Part shown: one piece after another, positions 1 through 8,678 of the stretch
Layout of the letters: each line of letters starts with the position of its first letter
Position numbering within the stretch: the first letter of the stretch is position 1
Source of the DNA: Acidothermus cellulolyticus 11B
GTDB taxonomy: Bacteria; Actinomycetota; Actinomycetes; Acidothermales; Acidothermaceae
DNA length: 32,000 bases
NCBI RefSeq assembly: GCF_000015025.1
Contig: NC_008578.1
Coordinates: 2,040,001-2,072,000, forward strand
Direction of reading: 5' to 3'
The notes under the pieces: generated by a model
The model's input: only the letters and a program-made list of their open reading frames with translations
What the model was told of the DNA's origin: nothing
Databases searched by the model: none
Position numbers and translations under genes: made by a program

Positions 1-558
1 GGCGACCATTTGCGACGCGCTGGGATCGCGTTCACTCGGCTTCAGAATGAAGGCATTTCCGCAGGCGATCGCGATCGGGTGCATCCACATCGGCACCATC
101 ACCGGAAAATTGAACGGCGTGATACCGGCGACCACGCCCAGCGGCTGGCGGAACGAGAAGGCATCGACACCGGTCGAGACCTGATCGGAATAGTCACCCT
201 TGAGCAGGGTCGGGATTCCGCAGGCGAGTTCGACGACCTCCAGCCCCCGTTGGACTTCACCGCGGGCGTCCGCCAGGACTTTGCCGTGCTCCTCGCAAAT
301 AATGCGGGCAAGCTCATCCATGTGGTCGGCCACCAGACGCCGGAATTCGAAGAGGATTTTTGTGCGGGCGGCGAGGGAGGTTTGCGACCACTGCTCGAAT
401 GCCGCTGTTGCCGACCTGACGGCGGCGTCGACGTCTTCGGCGGCAGCGAAAACCACGACACCGGTCTGTTCACCGGTCGCTGGGTTGAACACCGGCCCGG
501 TCCGCGTTCCGCTGCCCGTCGTCGATTTACCGTCTACCCAGTGCTCGATCTGCTTCAT
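1..558 (-). CDS. iolA: Methylmalonate-semialdehyde dehydrogenase (CoA-acylating), first 186 codons; the 3' end runs off the window
   Basis: Absent from the ORF track because it is open at the window edge. Manual reverse-strand translation from the ATG at 558-556 gives MKQIEHWVDGKSTTGSGTRTGPVFNPATGEQ...FRQPLGVVAGITPFNFPVMVPMWMHPIAIACGNAFILKPSERDP. This is the typical N-terminal region of MmsA/IolA-type aldehyde dehydrogenases. There are no in-frame stops down to position 1. It lies directly downstream of iolD on the same strand, with a purine-rich GGAAGGAAG upstream. Confidence 0.9.
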   Translation of the reverse strand, partial: MKQIEHWVDGKSTTGSGTRTGPVFNPATGEQTGVVVFAAAEDVDAAVRSATAAFEQWSQTSLAARTKILFEFRRLVADHMDELARIICEEHGKVLADARGEVQRGLEVVELACGIPTLLKGDYSDQVSTGVDAFSFRQPLGVVAGITPFNFPVMVPMWMHPIAIACGNAFILKPSERDPSASQMVA

Positions 559-610
559 CGGAGGCTTCCTTCCGGTCTTTTCTCTCCTCGGTATGGACGC
601 TGGCGGGCTT

Positions 611-2491
611 TCACAGGTATGGGCGCTGCCGGGCCTTTGCCGCTTGGTATTCGGCGTAGGCGGCACGCGTGGACTCCAGGTCCGAGACCTCGGCGACCGG
701 CACGTCCCACCACGCCTCGCTGTCGGGCGCGGAGGGCGTCGGATCGGTCTCGATGCAGATGAGCACCGGACGTGTCTCGGCTTTCGCTTTCTCGAGGAGC
801 CCGCGGAGTTCGTCGACCGTCTCCGCCCGCCAGGCCACCATGCCGAGACTGGCGGCATTCGCGGTGAAATCGATCGGCAGGATGTCACCGTCCAGCCGGC
901 CGGTGAGACGGCTGCGGTAGCGATAATTCGTGCCGAAGCGTTGACCCCCCACGCTTTCGGACAACGAGCCGATCGATGCAAAACCGTGGTTGTCCAGAAG
1001 AACAACGATGATTTTGATCTGCTCCTGCACCGCGGTGACCAGCTCACCGGGAAGCATGAGATAGGAGCCGTCACCAACCATTACGAAAATCTCCCGGTCC
1101 GGGCACGCCAATTTCGCCCCGATGCCGGCCGGAATCTCAAAGCCCATGCAGGAGTAGCCGTACTCCACGTGATAGCTGCGGGGATCCCTGGCCCGCCACA
1201 GCTTATGAAGGTCGCCCGGCAGAGACCCTGCGGCACAAATCACCGTGCCTGTCTCACCAGCAGCCTCACCGACGGCACCAATGACCTCACTCTGCCGGGG
1301 CAGCCCGGAACTGCGTTGCCGATACACGTCAAAGACCGTTGCCCGCCATGCGTCGGCCTGCCGGCGCGCTTCGGCGCTGTATTCCTCGGGCACCCGCCAA
1401 CCGGCAAGCGCCTCACGCAACGCGTCGAGGCCGGCCCGGGCATCGGCGACGACCGGTAACGCGGCAAGCTTCGCGGCGTCCGATGGCGTGATATTGAGGT
1501 GGACGAAGCGGACGTCCGGCGCGCCGAAGATGGTCGAGGACGCGGTGGTGAAATCGCCAAACCGGGTGCCGATCCCGAGCACGAGATCCGCGGTCGACGC
1601 CATCGCATTGGCAGCAGGCGTTCCGGTCGAGCCGATTGCCCCAAGGCACAGGGGATGGTCGTAACGGATAGCCGGCTTTCCGGCTTGCGTCACGGCGACC
1701 GGAATGCCGGTGGCATCGACGAAAGCACGGAGCGCGTCGGTCGCGTCGGAATAAATGACGCCTCCGCCGGCGACTATGAGCGGACGGGACGACGCCGTGA
1801 CAGCCTCAACGGCACGGCGAAGCGCAGCCGGATCCGGCGGCGTCCGGCGTATCGGCCAGACGCGTTCGGCGAAGAGTTCAACGGGCCAGTCGTAAGCCTG
1901 GGCCTGAACGTCTTGCGGAAGTGCGAGCGTCACCGCGCCGGTTTCCGCCGGATCGGTGAGCACCTGCATCGCGGCGAGCAGGCTGCGGGGAAGCTGCTCC
2001 GGACGCCAGATGCGATCGAAGTACCGCGAGACGGGTCGCAGCGTGTCGTTGACGGAGACGTCAAAACCCCAGCGGGTTTCCAGCTGCTGAAGAACCGGAT
2101 CAGCGACCCTGGTGGCAAAAATGTCTCCGGGCAACAGCAGCACCGGAAGCCGATTGATCGTGGCGAGTGCCGCCCCGGTCACAAGGTTGGTCGCACCCGG
2201 TCCAATCGACGTCGTGCAGGCCAAGGTGGAGAGACGATTCGTCATCCGCGCATATTCGGCGGCGATGTGCACCATCGCCTGCTCATTGCGTGCCTGGTAA
2301 TACGGGAACAGGCCCGGGTTCGCGATTTCTTCCTCAAGCAGCGCTTCACCGATTCCGGCAACGTTGCCGTGACCGAAAATGCCGAAACACCCGGCAATGA
2401 GTCGCTGGCGGGAACCGTCGCGTTCGCTGTACTGGGCGCGCAGAAACCGGATGAGTGCTTGGGCGACGGTGAGCCGAACGGTCTTAGCCAT
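611..2491 (-). CDS. iolD: 3D-(3,5/4)-trihydroxycyclohexane-1,2-dione acylhydrolase (thiamine-diphosphate enzyme)
   Basis: 626-aa ORF. The N-terminus MAKTVRLTVAQALIRFLRAQYSERDG...FGIFGHGNVAGIGEAL and the length are characteristic of IolD (acetolactate-synthase-like ThDP fold). It sits in an iol operon context. Confidence 0.92.
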   Translation of the reverse strand: MAKTVRLTVAQALIRFLRAQYSERDGSRQRLIAGCFGIFGHGNVAGIGEALLEEEIANPGLFPYYQARNEQAMVHIAAEYARMTNRLSTLACTTSIGPGATNLVTGAALATINRLPVLLLPGDIFATRVADPVLQQLETRWGFDVSVNDTLRPVSRYFDRIWRPEQLPRSLLAAMQVLTDPAETGAVTLALPQDVQAQAYDWPVELFAERVWPIRRTPPDPAALRRAVEAVTASSRPLIVAGGGVIYSDATDALRAFVDATGIPVAVTQAGKPAIRYDHPLCLGAIGSTGTPAANAMASTADLVLGIGTRFGDFTTASSTIFGAPDVRFVHLNITPSDAAKLAALPVVADARAGLDALREALAGWRVPEEYSAEARRQADAWRATVFDVYRQRSSGLPRQSEVIGAVGEAAGETGTVICAAGSLPGDLHKLWRARDPRSYHVEYGYSCMGFEIPAGIGAKLACPDREIFVMVGDGSYLMLPGELVTAVQEQIKIIVVLLDNHGFASIGSLSESVGGQRFGTNYRYRSRLTGRLDGDILPIDFTANAASLGMVAWRAETVDELRGLLEKAKAETRPVLICIETDPTPSAPDSEAWWDVPVAEVSDLESTRAAYAEYQAAKARQRPYL

Positions 2492-3428
2492 TCTCCCTCC
2501 TTGACCTGCCGGAGGCCGGCGGATCCGGGACTCGACTCGACGAGCCGGAGCCGACGGCCGGCACGAGCGGAACCCGCGGATCCGGGGCGATCTGCTGCCA
2601 GGTGTCCATGACCCACCGATGGGCGGGATCGAAACTGACCCGCCAGGCGCGCTCCCCCGGACCGGCCATCACGTTCAGGTAGTAGAGGTCGTAACCGGGA
2701 GCCGCCATGCTCGGGCCGTGGTAGCCGTAGGGCACTAGGACCACATCGCCGGTGCGCACCTCCGCGCACACGTCGATAATCCGATCCGGTCGCGAACGGT
2801 AAACCCGGTGGTATGCGGGTCCGTCACGCGCGACTTCGAAGTAGTAAATTTCTTCCAATTCGCATTCATCGCTCGTCGTTTCGTCATGCTTGTGCGGCGG
2901 GTACGACGACCAGTTGCCTTCGGGGGTCAGTACCTCGACGACGAGGAGCCGAGCGGCGTCGAATACCCCCGGCATGCAGTAGGCGTTCACCTGCCGTGTC
3001 ATCGCACCGGCTCCGCGAACTTCCACCGCAACGAGGCTGGCCGCGCCGTACCGTGCCGGGAGCACGGCGTCAGTCCTCGCGGTCGCGACGGCGATGCGCC
3101 CACCCTCGGGTGCGGTGAGCGTCACGCGGCTTCCCGACGGCAGGTAGGCAAAATCCGTGATGGCACTGAAGACGTCCCGTCGGCCGGTGAGTTCGAAAGT
3201 CGTTGCCGCACCTCCGTCGGTTGCAGTCTCGACGCGGACAGTCGCCCCACCGGCGAGCGGGAGTACGAGCCCTTCCATCCCGGGCAACTCAGTCATGAAT
3301 TCGGCGCCTGCTGCGAGGGAAACGACGCGGAGACCCGAATATCGCCATCCCGCGCTCTCGGGGGTGACCGCCACGTCGATCACACCCTGCCGCCGTCCAC
3401 GAACGATCCACGGCTGGTCCGTCACCAC
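2484..3428 (-). CDS. iolB: 5-deoxy-glucuronate isomerase
   Basis: 314-aa ORF with a GTG start at 3428 and GAAGGG upstream. It has a cupin-like sequence with ...SSYPPHKHDE...EEIYYF..., typical of IolB. Its stop overlaps the iolD ATG by 8 nt, suggesting translational coupling. Confidence 0.9.
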   Translation of the reverse strand: MVTDQPWIVRGRRQGVIDVAVTPESAGWRYSGLRVVSLAAGAEFMTELPGMEGLVLPLAGGATVRVETATDGGAATTFELTGRRDVFSAITDFAYLPSGSRVTLTAPEGGRIAVATARTDAVLPARYGAASLVAVEVRGAGAMTRQVNAYCMPGVFDAARLLVVEVLTPEGNWSSYPPHKHDETTSDECELEEIYYFEVARDGPAYHRVYRSRPDRIIDVCAEVRTGDVVLVPYGYHGPSMAAPGYDLYYLNVMAGPGERAWRVSFDPAHRWVMDTWQQIAPDPRVPLVPAVGSGSSSRVPDPPASGRSRRENG

Positions 3429-3450
3429 TGTTCCGCCCTTCGTCCGGTCG

Positions 3451-4326
3451 TCACAGCAAGCTCACCGCAGTGTCGACCGCAGCCGCAACATCGTCGTCCG
3501 GCGGGTAGAGCAGCGCCCGGCCGATGACGAGCCCGCGGACGGTCGGCAACGCCAACGCCTTCGCCCATCGGGTGAACATCGCGTCGTGGTCGTCGGAGAC
3601 CTCACCGCCCAGAATCAGGGTCGGCAACGTCGTGGCGGCCAACACCCGCTCAAGGTCGGGAACAATCGGAATCTTTAGCCAGGTGTAGGCCGAGGTCACG
3701 CCAAGGCCGGAGGCGATGGCCACCGCACGCACCATCGCGTCGGGCGTGAGTTCATTGCGAACCCTCCCGTCGACCCGGTGTGCGATGAACGGCTCAACCA
3801 TGGCAAGCAGCCGTCGTTCGGCGAGCTCCGTCACGGCCCGTCCGCATGATTCCAATGCCCGCGCAGTGGCCGGATCATCAGGGTCGATACGCAGCAGCAT
3901 CTTGCCGCCGTCAAAACCAGCAGCGGCGATCGCCTCTGCCGTGTACGCCGTGAAGCGATCGTCAATTTCAAAGCTCGCCCCGGCGATGCCGCCGCGGTTC
4001 ATCGAGCCGATGACCACTTTCCCGTCCAGCGCGCCCAAAATAAGGAGGTCCTCGACGATGTCCGGCGTTGCCAGCACACCGTTGACCCCGGGGCGAGCGA
4101 GCGCCGTGCAGAGGCGGTCGAGGAGGTCGAGGCGGTCCGCCATGGCCTGATCACGATTCCCCGCCCGGAACGAACCACGAGCGGGGTGATCCGCGGCGAT
4201 AATCATCATCCGGCCATGCGGACCGAAAAGGGTGTCCGCCCGGCGACGCGTCGCGGCCAGCCGGGCGATGCGCTCAGGCTCCTGGGACCGTACAGCAAGG
4301 ATGCGCCGAGAAATCTCCTCACGCAT
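3451..4326 (-). CDS. DUF2090 / Cgl0159-family (beta/alpha)8 protein, probable 5-dehydro-2-deoxyphosphogluconate aldolase (IolJ analogue)
   Basis: The track ORF (3451-4575) is trimmed to the internal ATG at 4326. That ATG overlaps the iolC stop (ATGCGTGA). The upstream part of the ORF is Arg/Pro/Ser-rich and overlaps iolC. The sequence MREEISRRILAVR...RMMIIAADHPARG...VIGSMNRGG...GGKMLLRID...AMVEPF resembles the class-I-aldolase-like domain that is often fused to the C-terminus of IolC in Actinobacteria. Confidence 0.75.
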   Translation of the reverse strand: MREEISRRILAVRSQEPERIARLAATRRRADTLFGPHGRMMIIAADHPARGSFRAGNRDQAMADRLDLLDRLCTALARPGVNGVLATPDIVEDLLILGALDGKVVIGSMNRGGIAGASFEIDDRFTAYTAEAIAAAGFDGGKMLLRIDPDDPATARALESCGRAVTELAERRLLAMVEPFIAHRVDGRVRNELTPDAMVRAVAIASGLGVTSAYTWLKIPIVPDLERVLAATTLPTLILGGEVSDDHDAMFTRWAKALALPTVRGLVIGRALLYPPDDDVAAAVDTAVSLL

Positions 4327-5368
4327 CAGCTTTCTCCTGTTCAACCGAAGCCTCGCCCCCTGATCGCCGCGAGGATTGACCGTCGGATCGCGCTGTGAGC
4401 AGCTGCTCGATCTCGTCCTGGGTCGGCATCGCATCGGCGCACGCGAGCCGGCCGGCGACGATCGCACCTGCGGCGTTGGCGAATCGGAGCACCCGATCCA
4501 GCGGCCAACCAGCAAGCAGGCCATGGCAGAGGGCGCCGCCAAAGGCATCGCCGGCACCAATGCCATTGACGACATCGATGTCTATCGGTGGTACGACGAC
4601 TGGTCCGTCGTCGGCGAGCCCGAGCACCCCCTTCGGGCCTTGCTTGACGACGGCGAGGCGCACCCCCGCCCGCCGAAGGGCTTCCGCTGCCGCCAACGGT
4701 TCTGCTGTCCCAACAGCAGTCAGGCATTCATCGAGATTCCCGACCGCGACGGTCGCCATGCTGAGCGCCTCCTCGACCCAGCGACGGGCGTATTCCCGCG
4801 ACGGCCAGAACATGGGTCGGTAATCCAGGTCGAGCACGGTGATATCTCGACGGCCCCGCTGTCGCAATGCGTGGAGCGTCGCCGTCCGGCTCGGTTCTTG
4901 ACTCAGGCCGGTCACGGTCACCCAGAACACCCGCGCGTCCTTGACGGCGGCGACGTCCACGTCGTCGATCGTCAACTCGAGGTCGGGCGCTTTCGGGTGC
5001 CGATAGAAATAGAGGGGAAAGTCATCGGGCGGAAATATTTCGCAGAAGGTGACCGGCGTGGGCAGGTGGGAGACGGAACCTACCCACCGATCGTCGACGC
5101 CAAAGGCGCGCAGCGCATCGTGGATGAACTCGCCGAATGGGTCCCGACCGGTCTTGGTAATGACGGCGCTGCGCCGGCCAAGACGAGCCGCGGCGACCGC
5201 AACGTTGGTCGCAGACCCGCCGAGGTATTTGCCGAACGCGGTGACATGCCGGAGCGACACGCCCGGCTGCAGTGGATAAACGTCAACTCCGACACGCCCC
5301 ATCGTGAGAATGTCGAAAGGCTCCCGATTGGAGGTGTCGCTGATCATCGCGCTCATGCTGAGACCCAT
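4319..5368 (-). CDS. iolC: 5-dehydro-2-deoxygluconokinase (PfkB family)
   Basis: 349-aa ORF. FDILTMGRVGVDVYP...GKYLGGSATNVAVAAARLG and the C-terminal NGIGAGDAFGGAL are ribokinase/PfkB signatures with IolC-like spacing. The start is ambiguous, with ATGs at 5368, 5356 and 5347. Confidence 0.88.
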   Translation of the reverse strand: MGLSMSAMISDTSNREPFDILTMGRVGVDVYPLQPGVSLRHVTAFGKYLGGSATNVAVAAARLGRRSAVITKTGRDPFGEFIHDALRAFGVDDRWVGSVSHLPTPVTFCEIFPPDDFPLYFYRHPKAPDLELTIDDVDVAAVKDARVFWVTVTGLSQEPSRTATLHALRQRGRRDITVLDLDYRPMFWPSREYARRWVEEALSMATVAVGNLDECLTAVGTAEPLAAAEALRRAGVRLAVVKQGPKGVLGLADDGPVVVPPIDIDVVNGIGAGDAFGGALCHGLLAGWPLDRVLRFANAAGAIVAGRLACADAMPTQDEIEQLLTARSDGQSSRRSGGEASVEQEKADA

Positions 5369-5425
5369 GTCCTCTGGAAACCCGCTCGGCGGACGTCAAC
5401 AGTAGCGTCGCATGCAGGAGATGCG

Positions 5426-5448
5426 ATGTCAAGATTTTGTAAAGACAT
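5426..5448. promoter_or_regulatory. Putative IolR operator in the iolC/iolR divergent promoter region (inverted repeat ATGTC-N13-GACAT)
   Basis: The plus strand reads ATGTCAAGATTTTGTAAAGACAT. Its reverse complement, ATGTCTTTACAAAATCTTGACAT, matches 19 of 23 positions of the motif at 6520-6542 in the same orientation relative to the downstream operon. It forms an AT-rich island in GC-rich DNA and contains TTGACA on the iolC strand. Confidence 0.6.
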
Positions 5449-5532
5449 TCTGACGTATTGTTGTCACTGTGTTAGGGCAGTGATTCACGATAGACTACGC
5501 GGCAACCGAACCGACCACAGGATGGGAGTACC

Positions 5533-6273
5533 GTGACCGACCTCTCGCTCACTCTGGACCGGTCGAGTCCGGTGCCGCTGTATTACCAGATCGCCCAGCA
5601 GATCGAGCAGGCGATCGAGCGGGGTGAGCTCGCTCCGGGAACCAAGCTCGACAACGAGATCGAACTCGCCGACCGGCTGGGACTGTCACGACCGACCATG
5701 CGCCGGGCGATTCAGGAACTCGTCCGCAAGGGCCTGCTGGTCCGCAAACGCGGTGTCGGCACCCAGGTCGTCCACGGAAAGGTCAAGCGGCCTGTCGAGC
5801 TCACCAGCCTTTATGACGATCTCCTGAAGAGCAACCAGAAGCCGCGCACGGATGTGCTCGCCCTTGAGACGATTCCCGCGGCGGATGAGGTGGCGGTCCA
5901 CCTCGGCATTGAGCCGCGGAGCCAGGTGATCTACGTCGAGCGGGTCCGCTACGCGCGGGACGAGCCGCTCGCCATCATGCACAATTGGCTGCCGGCCCAC
6001 CTCGTCTCTCTTGAGCGGTCGGATTTGGAACGCGCCGGACTGTACGACCGCCTGCGCAAGGCCGGAATCCGCATTTGTGTCGCGTCGCAACGCATCGGTG
6101 CGAAGGCGGCGACAAGCGAGGAGGCCCGACTCCTCCGCACTCGCCGCGGAGCGCCCCTTCTCACCATGGCCCGAGTGGCATACGACGACACCGGACGCGC
6201 CGTGGAATATGGCTCGCACGTCTACCGCTCCGACAGCTATACGTTCGAGATCACCCTCGTCGAAAGGCAATAG
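5533..6273 (+). CDS. iolR: GntR-family (HutC subfamily, UTRA effector domain) transcriptional repressor of inositol genes
   Basis: 246 aa with a GTG start. The N-terminal winged helix PLYYQIAQQIEQAIERGELAPGTKLDNEIELADRLGLSRPTMRRAIQELVRKGLLVRKRGVGTQV is a classic GntR HTH. The C-terminal half looks like a UTRA domain. It is divergent from iolC. Confidence 0.85.
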   Translation: MTDLSLTLDRSSPVPLYYQIAQQIEQAIERGELAPGTKLDNEIELADRLGLSRPTMRRAIQELVRKGLLVRKRGVGTQVVHGKVKRPVELTSLYDDLLKSNQKPRTDVLALETIPAADEVAVHLGIEPRSQVIYVERVRYARDEPLAIMHNWLPAHLVSLERSDLERAGLYDRLRKAGIRICVASQRIGAKAATSEEARLLRTRRGAPLLTMARVAYDDTGRAVEYGSHVYRSDSYTFEITLVERQ

Positions 6274-6413
6274 GCGCATCGCGCAGGCCCGTCCAAGGAG
6301 ACAGGGGGCTCGTATGCCAAGGCCCACGCGGCGTCGCTGCGCGCTACACGGCCGGCGCAGCATCCGTGTGGGTGGAATGACCGCAGATGTCGAGGAGCAC
6401 GAGGCGCACGGGC

Positions 6414-6476
6414 CTCGTTGCCGAAGCGGCGCCTCTCGTTGCCGAAGCGGCGCCTCTCGTTGCCGAAGCGGCACCC
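6414..6476. repeat. Tandem direct repeat, 3 x 21 nt (CTCGTTGCCGAAGCGGCGCCT)
   Basis: Copies lie at 6414-6434, 6435-6455 (identical to the first) and 6456-6476 (2 mismatches at its 3' end). It is intergenic between iolR and the next operon. The repeat shows up as repeated heptapeptides in three shadow ORFs (RRLSLPK, EAPLRQR, ASRCRSG). Confidence 0.95.
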
Positions 6477-6519
6477 GGATCGTGACATAGCGAACGCACA
6501 CACACGTCGTTACATAAAG

Positions 6520-6542
6520 ATGTTATTACAAAGTCTTGACAT
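6520..6542 (+). promoter_or_regulatory. Putative IolR operator / promoter element upstream of the dehydrogenase-ABC-iolG operon
   Basis: The sequence is ATGTTATTACAAAGTCTTGACAT. It is near-identical to the reverse complement of 5426-5448. It contains TTGACA (6536-6541) about 75 nt upstream of the GTG at 6615. A weaker related decamer, GATCGTGACA, lies at 6478-6487. Confidence 0.6.
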
Positions 6543-6614
6543 GGCATCGTGCCTGCGCCATCCTTCCGGTATCACGCGCACGGCTGCAGTGCGACCGAGG
6601 AGGACGACGCTCCA

Positions 6615-7607
6615 GTGCGGATTGGTGTGGTCGGTGTCGGGCGGATCGGCGCCCATCACGCACGGGCTCTGCGCCCTGCCGTCACTGAGCTTGTCATCGC
6701 GGACGCGGACGCCGAGCGCGCCCGGCACCTCGCCTCCGAGATCGGTGCACGCGCGGTCGACGACGTGGACGCCCTCTTCAGCGAGGAGCTGGACGGTGTG
6801 GTCATCGCGGCGCCGACCGCCGCTCATCCGGATCTCATCTGTCGCGGCGTCGATGCAGGATTCGCCGTGTTCTGCGAAAAACCCGCGGCGCCGACCCTGG
6901 CCGAGACACGTGATCTCATCGCCAAAGTGGGCGATCGGGCGGAACGGGTGCAGATTGGCTTCCACCGGCGGTTCGACCCCGGTTATCGCGCGGCGCGCCG
7001 GCTGGTTTGCGACGGGGCGTTGGGCTGGATCCACACCCTGCGGGCCACCACGTGCGATGCGACGCCACCGTCGGCGGAATTCATCGCCGGATCCGGTGGA
7101 ATTTTTCGTGACTGCAGCGTGCACGACTTCGACATCATCCGCTGGCTCACCGGGCGCGACATTGCCGAAGTCTTTGCCGTCGGGTCGGACCGCGGCGCCG
7201 AGTTCTTCGCCGCGGCGGGCGACGTCTCGACGGGTCTCGCCGTGGTCCGCCTGGACGACGGAACACTCGGTACGGTAACGGCGTCCCGCTATAACGGTGC
7301 GGGTTACGACGTTCGGCTTGAAATATTGGGCTCGCAACGGAGCGTCGTGGTGGGGCTCGATGACCACGCACCATTGCGGTCCGTCGAACCGAGTGTTGAT
7401 TGGCCTCGTGCAACGCCGCACCGCGACTTCATGAGCAGGTTCGCCGCCGCGTATCGCGAGGAGCTCCTGGCATTTCTTGACGTCGCCGCCGGTCGTCAGG
7501 CCAGCCCGTGCACCCTCGACGACGCCCTGGCGGCATTCGTCGTGGCCGAAGCGTGTGAAGTTTCGCGTTCCGAACACCGGCCGGTGCAGATCACTGAGCT
7601 TCAGTAG
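6615..7607 (+). CDS. Gfo/Idh/MocA-family oxidoreductase, inositol dehydrogenase-like
   Basis: The track ORF 6549-7607 is trimmed to the GTG at 6615, which sits 10 nt after GAGGAGGA. This places the Rossmann motif VRIGVVGVGRIG at the N-terminus. FCEKP and GGIFRDCSVHDFD motifs are present. It is a paralogue of the 16052-17074 gene. Confidence 0.85.
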   Translation: MRIGVVGVGRIGAHHARALRPAVTELVIADADAERARHLASEIGARAVDDVDALFSEELDGVVIAAPTAAHPDLICRGVDAGFAVFCEKPAAPTLAETRDLIAKVGDRAERVQIGFHRRFDPGYRAARRLVCDGALGWIHTLRATTCDATPPSAEFIAGSGGIFRDCSVHDFDIIRWLTGRDIAEVFAVGSDRGAEFFAAAGDVSTGLAVVRLDDGTLGTVTASRYNGAGYDVRLEILGSQRSVVVGLDDHAPLRSVEPSVDWPRATPHRDFMSRFAAAYREELLAFLDVAAGRQASPCTLDDALAAFVVAEACEVSRSEHRPVQITELQ

Positions 7608-7660
7608 CGCCTTCAATCGCAACGTTTTCCGATCACCGTGACCGAGAGGAAGGAAGGAAG

Positions 7661-8662
7661 ATGAAACGAGGCAAGAGCCTGAGAATGGCAGCACTCACGG
7701 CCGGGCTCGCGCTCGTCGTCGCCGCCTGTAGTAGTACGGGCGGAAAGAAGGCGGCGCAGAGCACCGAACAAGCCGCCGCCTCAGCCGGCAAGGCAAACAC
7801 TCCCCACCTGACCATTGCTATGATCACGCACCAACAGCCGGGTGACACCTTCTGGGACATCATTCGCAAAGGCGCGCTTGCGGCGGCGGCCAAGGACAAC
7901 GTCACCCTCAAGTACTCCAACGATCCCGATTCGACCAAGGAAGCAGTCCTCATCCAGGACGCCGTCAATGCCAAGGTCGACGGCATAGCAGTGACCATCC
8001 CGGACCCGCCCGCGCTCATCCCAGCCATCAAGCAGGCGGTTGCCGCTGGTATTCCCGTCGTCGCCTTCAATGCCGGCATTGACCAGTGGAAGGAATCCGG
8101 CGCCCTCATGTACTTCGGCCAGGACGAAACCGTCGCCGGTCAGGCCGCGGGAGCCCGGGCGACCAGTGAAGGCTTCAAGCACGTCTTGTGTGTGCTGCAA
8201 GCCCAGGGTCAGGTGCAGCTCGAATCTCGGTGCAACGGCGTCCAGCAGACGTTCAAGGGACAGTACACGAAGTTGTACGTCAACGGAGCAGATCAACCCT
8301 CGGTGCGGACCACCATTGCCGCGAAGTTGAAGCAGGATCCCAGCATCGACCTCGTGATCACGCTCGGTGCACCGATCGCCCAGCTCGCCATCCAGGCGGT
8401 CAAGGATGCCGGAAGCAACGCGAAGATCGCGACGTTTGACTTCAACACGCAGGTGCCGGCGGAAATCGAGAATGGACAGCTCCAATGGGCGATCGACCAG
8501 CAGCCGTACGTCGAGGGGTACGAGGCGGTCGACAGTCTGTGGTTGTACATCACCAACGGTGACACCATCGGTGGCGGTGAAGCCGTCAAGACAGGACCAT
8601 TCTTCGTGGACAAGAGCAACGTCGCGGCGGTCGCCAAGTTCGCCGAACGCGGGACACGCTAG
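7661..8662 (+). CDS. Sugar ABC transporter substrate-binding lipoprotein (periplasmic-binding-protein type 1, CUT2 family)
   Basis: 333 aa with GGAAGGAAGGAAG upstream. The signal peptide plus lipobox is MKRGKSLRMAALTAGLALVVAAC. The mature part resembles RbsB/FrcB-type binding proteins. Confidence 0.88.
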   Translation: MKRGKSLRMAALTAGLALVVAACSSTGGKKAAQSTEQAAASAGKANTPHLTIAMITHQQPGDTFWDIIRKGALAAAAKDNVTLKYSNDPDSTKEAVLIQDAVNAKVDGIAVTIPDPPALIPAIKQAVAAGIPVVAFNAGIDQWKESGALMYFGQDETVAGQAAGARATSEGFKHVLCVLQAQGQVQLESRCNGVQQTFKGQYTKLYVNGADQPSVRTTIAAKLKQDPSIDLVITLGAPIAQLAIQAVKDAGSNAKIATFDFNTQVPAEIENGQLQWAIDQQPYVEGYEAVDSLWLYITNGDTIGGGEAVKTGPFFVDKSNVAAVAKFAERGTR

Positions 8663-8678
8663 TAACGACGGAACGCAT

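Noticed and set aside
200-2611. Long plus-strand ORFs (200-1459, 1499-2611) and several nested ORFs opposite iolA/iolD
   Set aside because: They lie antisense to genes with unmistakable homology. Their translations are Arg/Pro/Gly/Ser-rich low-complexity sequence typical of high-GC shadow frames. No ribosome-binding sites are present.
6314-6490. Small Arg-rich ORF (MPRPTRRRCALHGRR...) preceded by AAGGAG, running through the 21-nt repeats
   Set aside because: The Shine-Dalgarno spacing of 12 nt is long. The composition is extreme. Its repeat-derived ASRCRSG heptads are a by-product of the DNA repeat. I have no way to support it as coding.
5427-6541. Treating the TTGACA hexamers in the conserved motifs as bona fide -35 boxes
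   Set aside because: With a 17-nt spacer the downstream hexamers are GACGCT and CATCCT, where only the A2 and T6 positions match TANNNT. Better -10-like hexamers are 22-28 nt away. The promoter assignment is therefore left open and only the motif conservation is reported.
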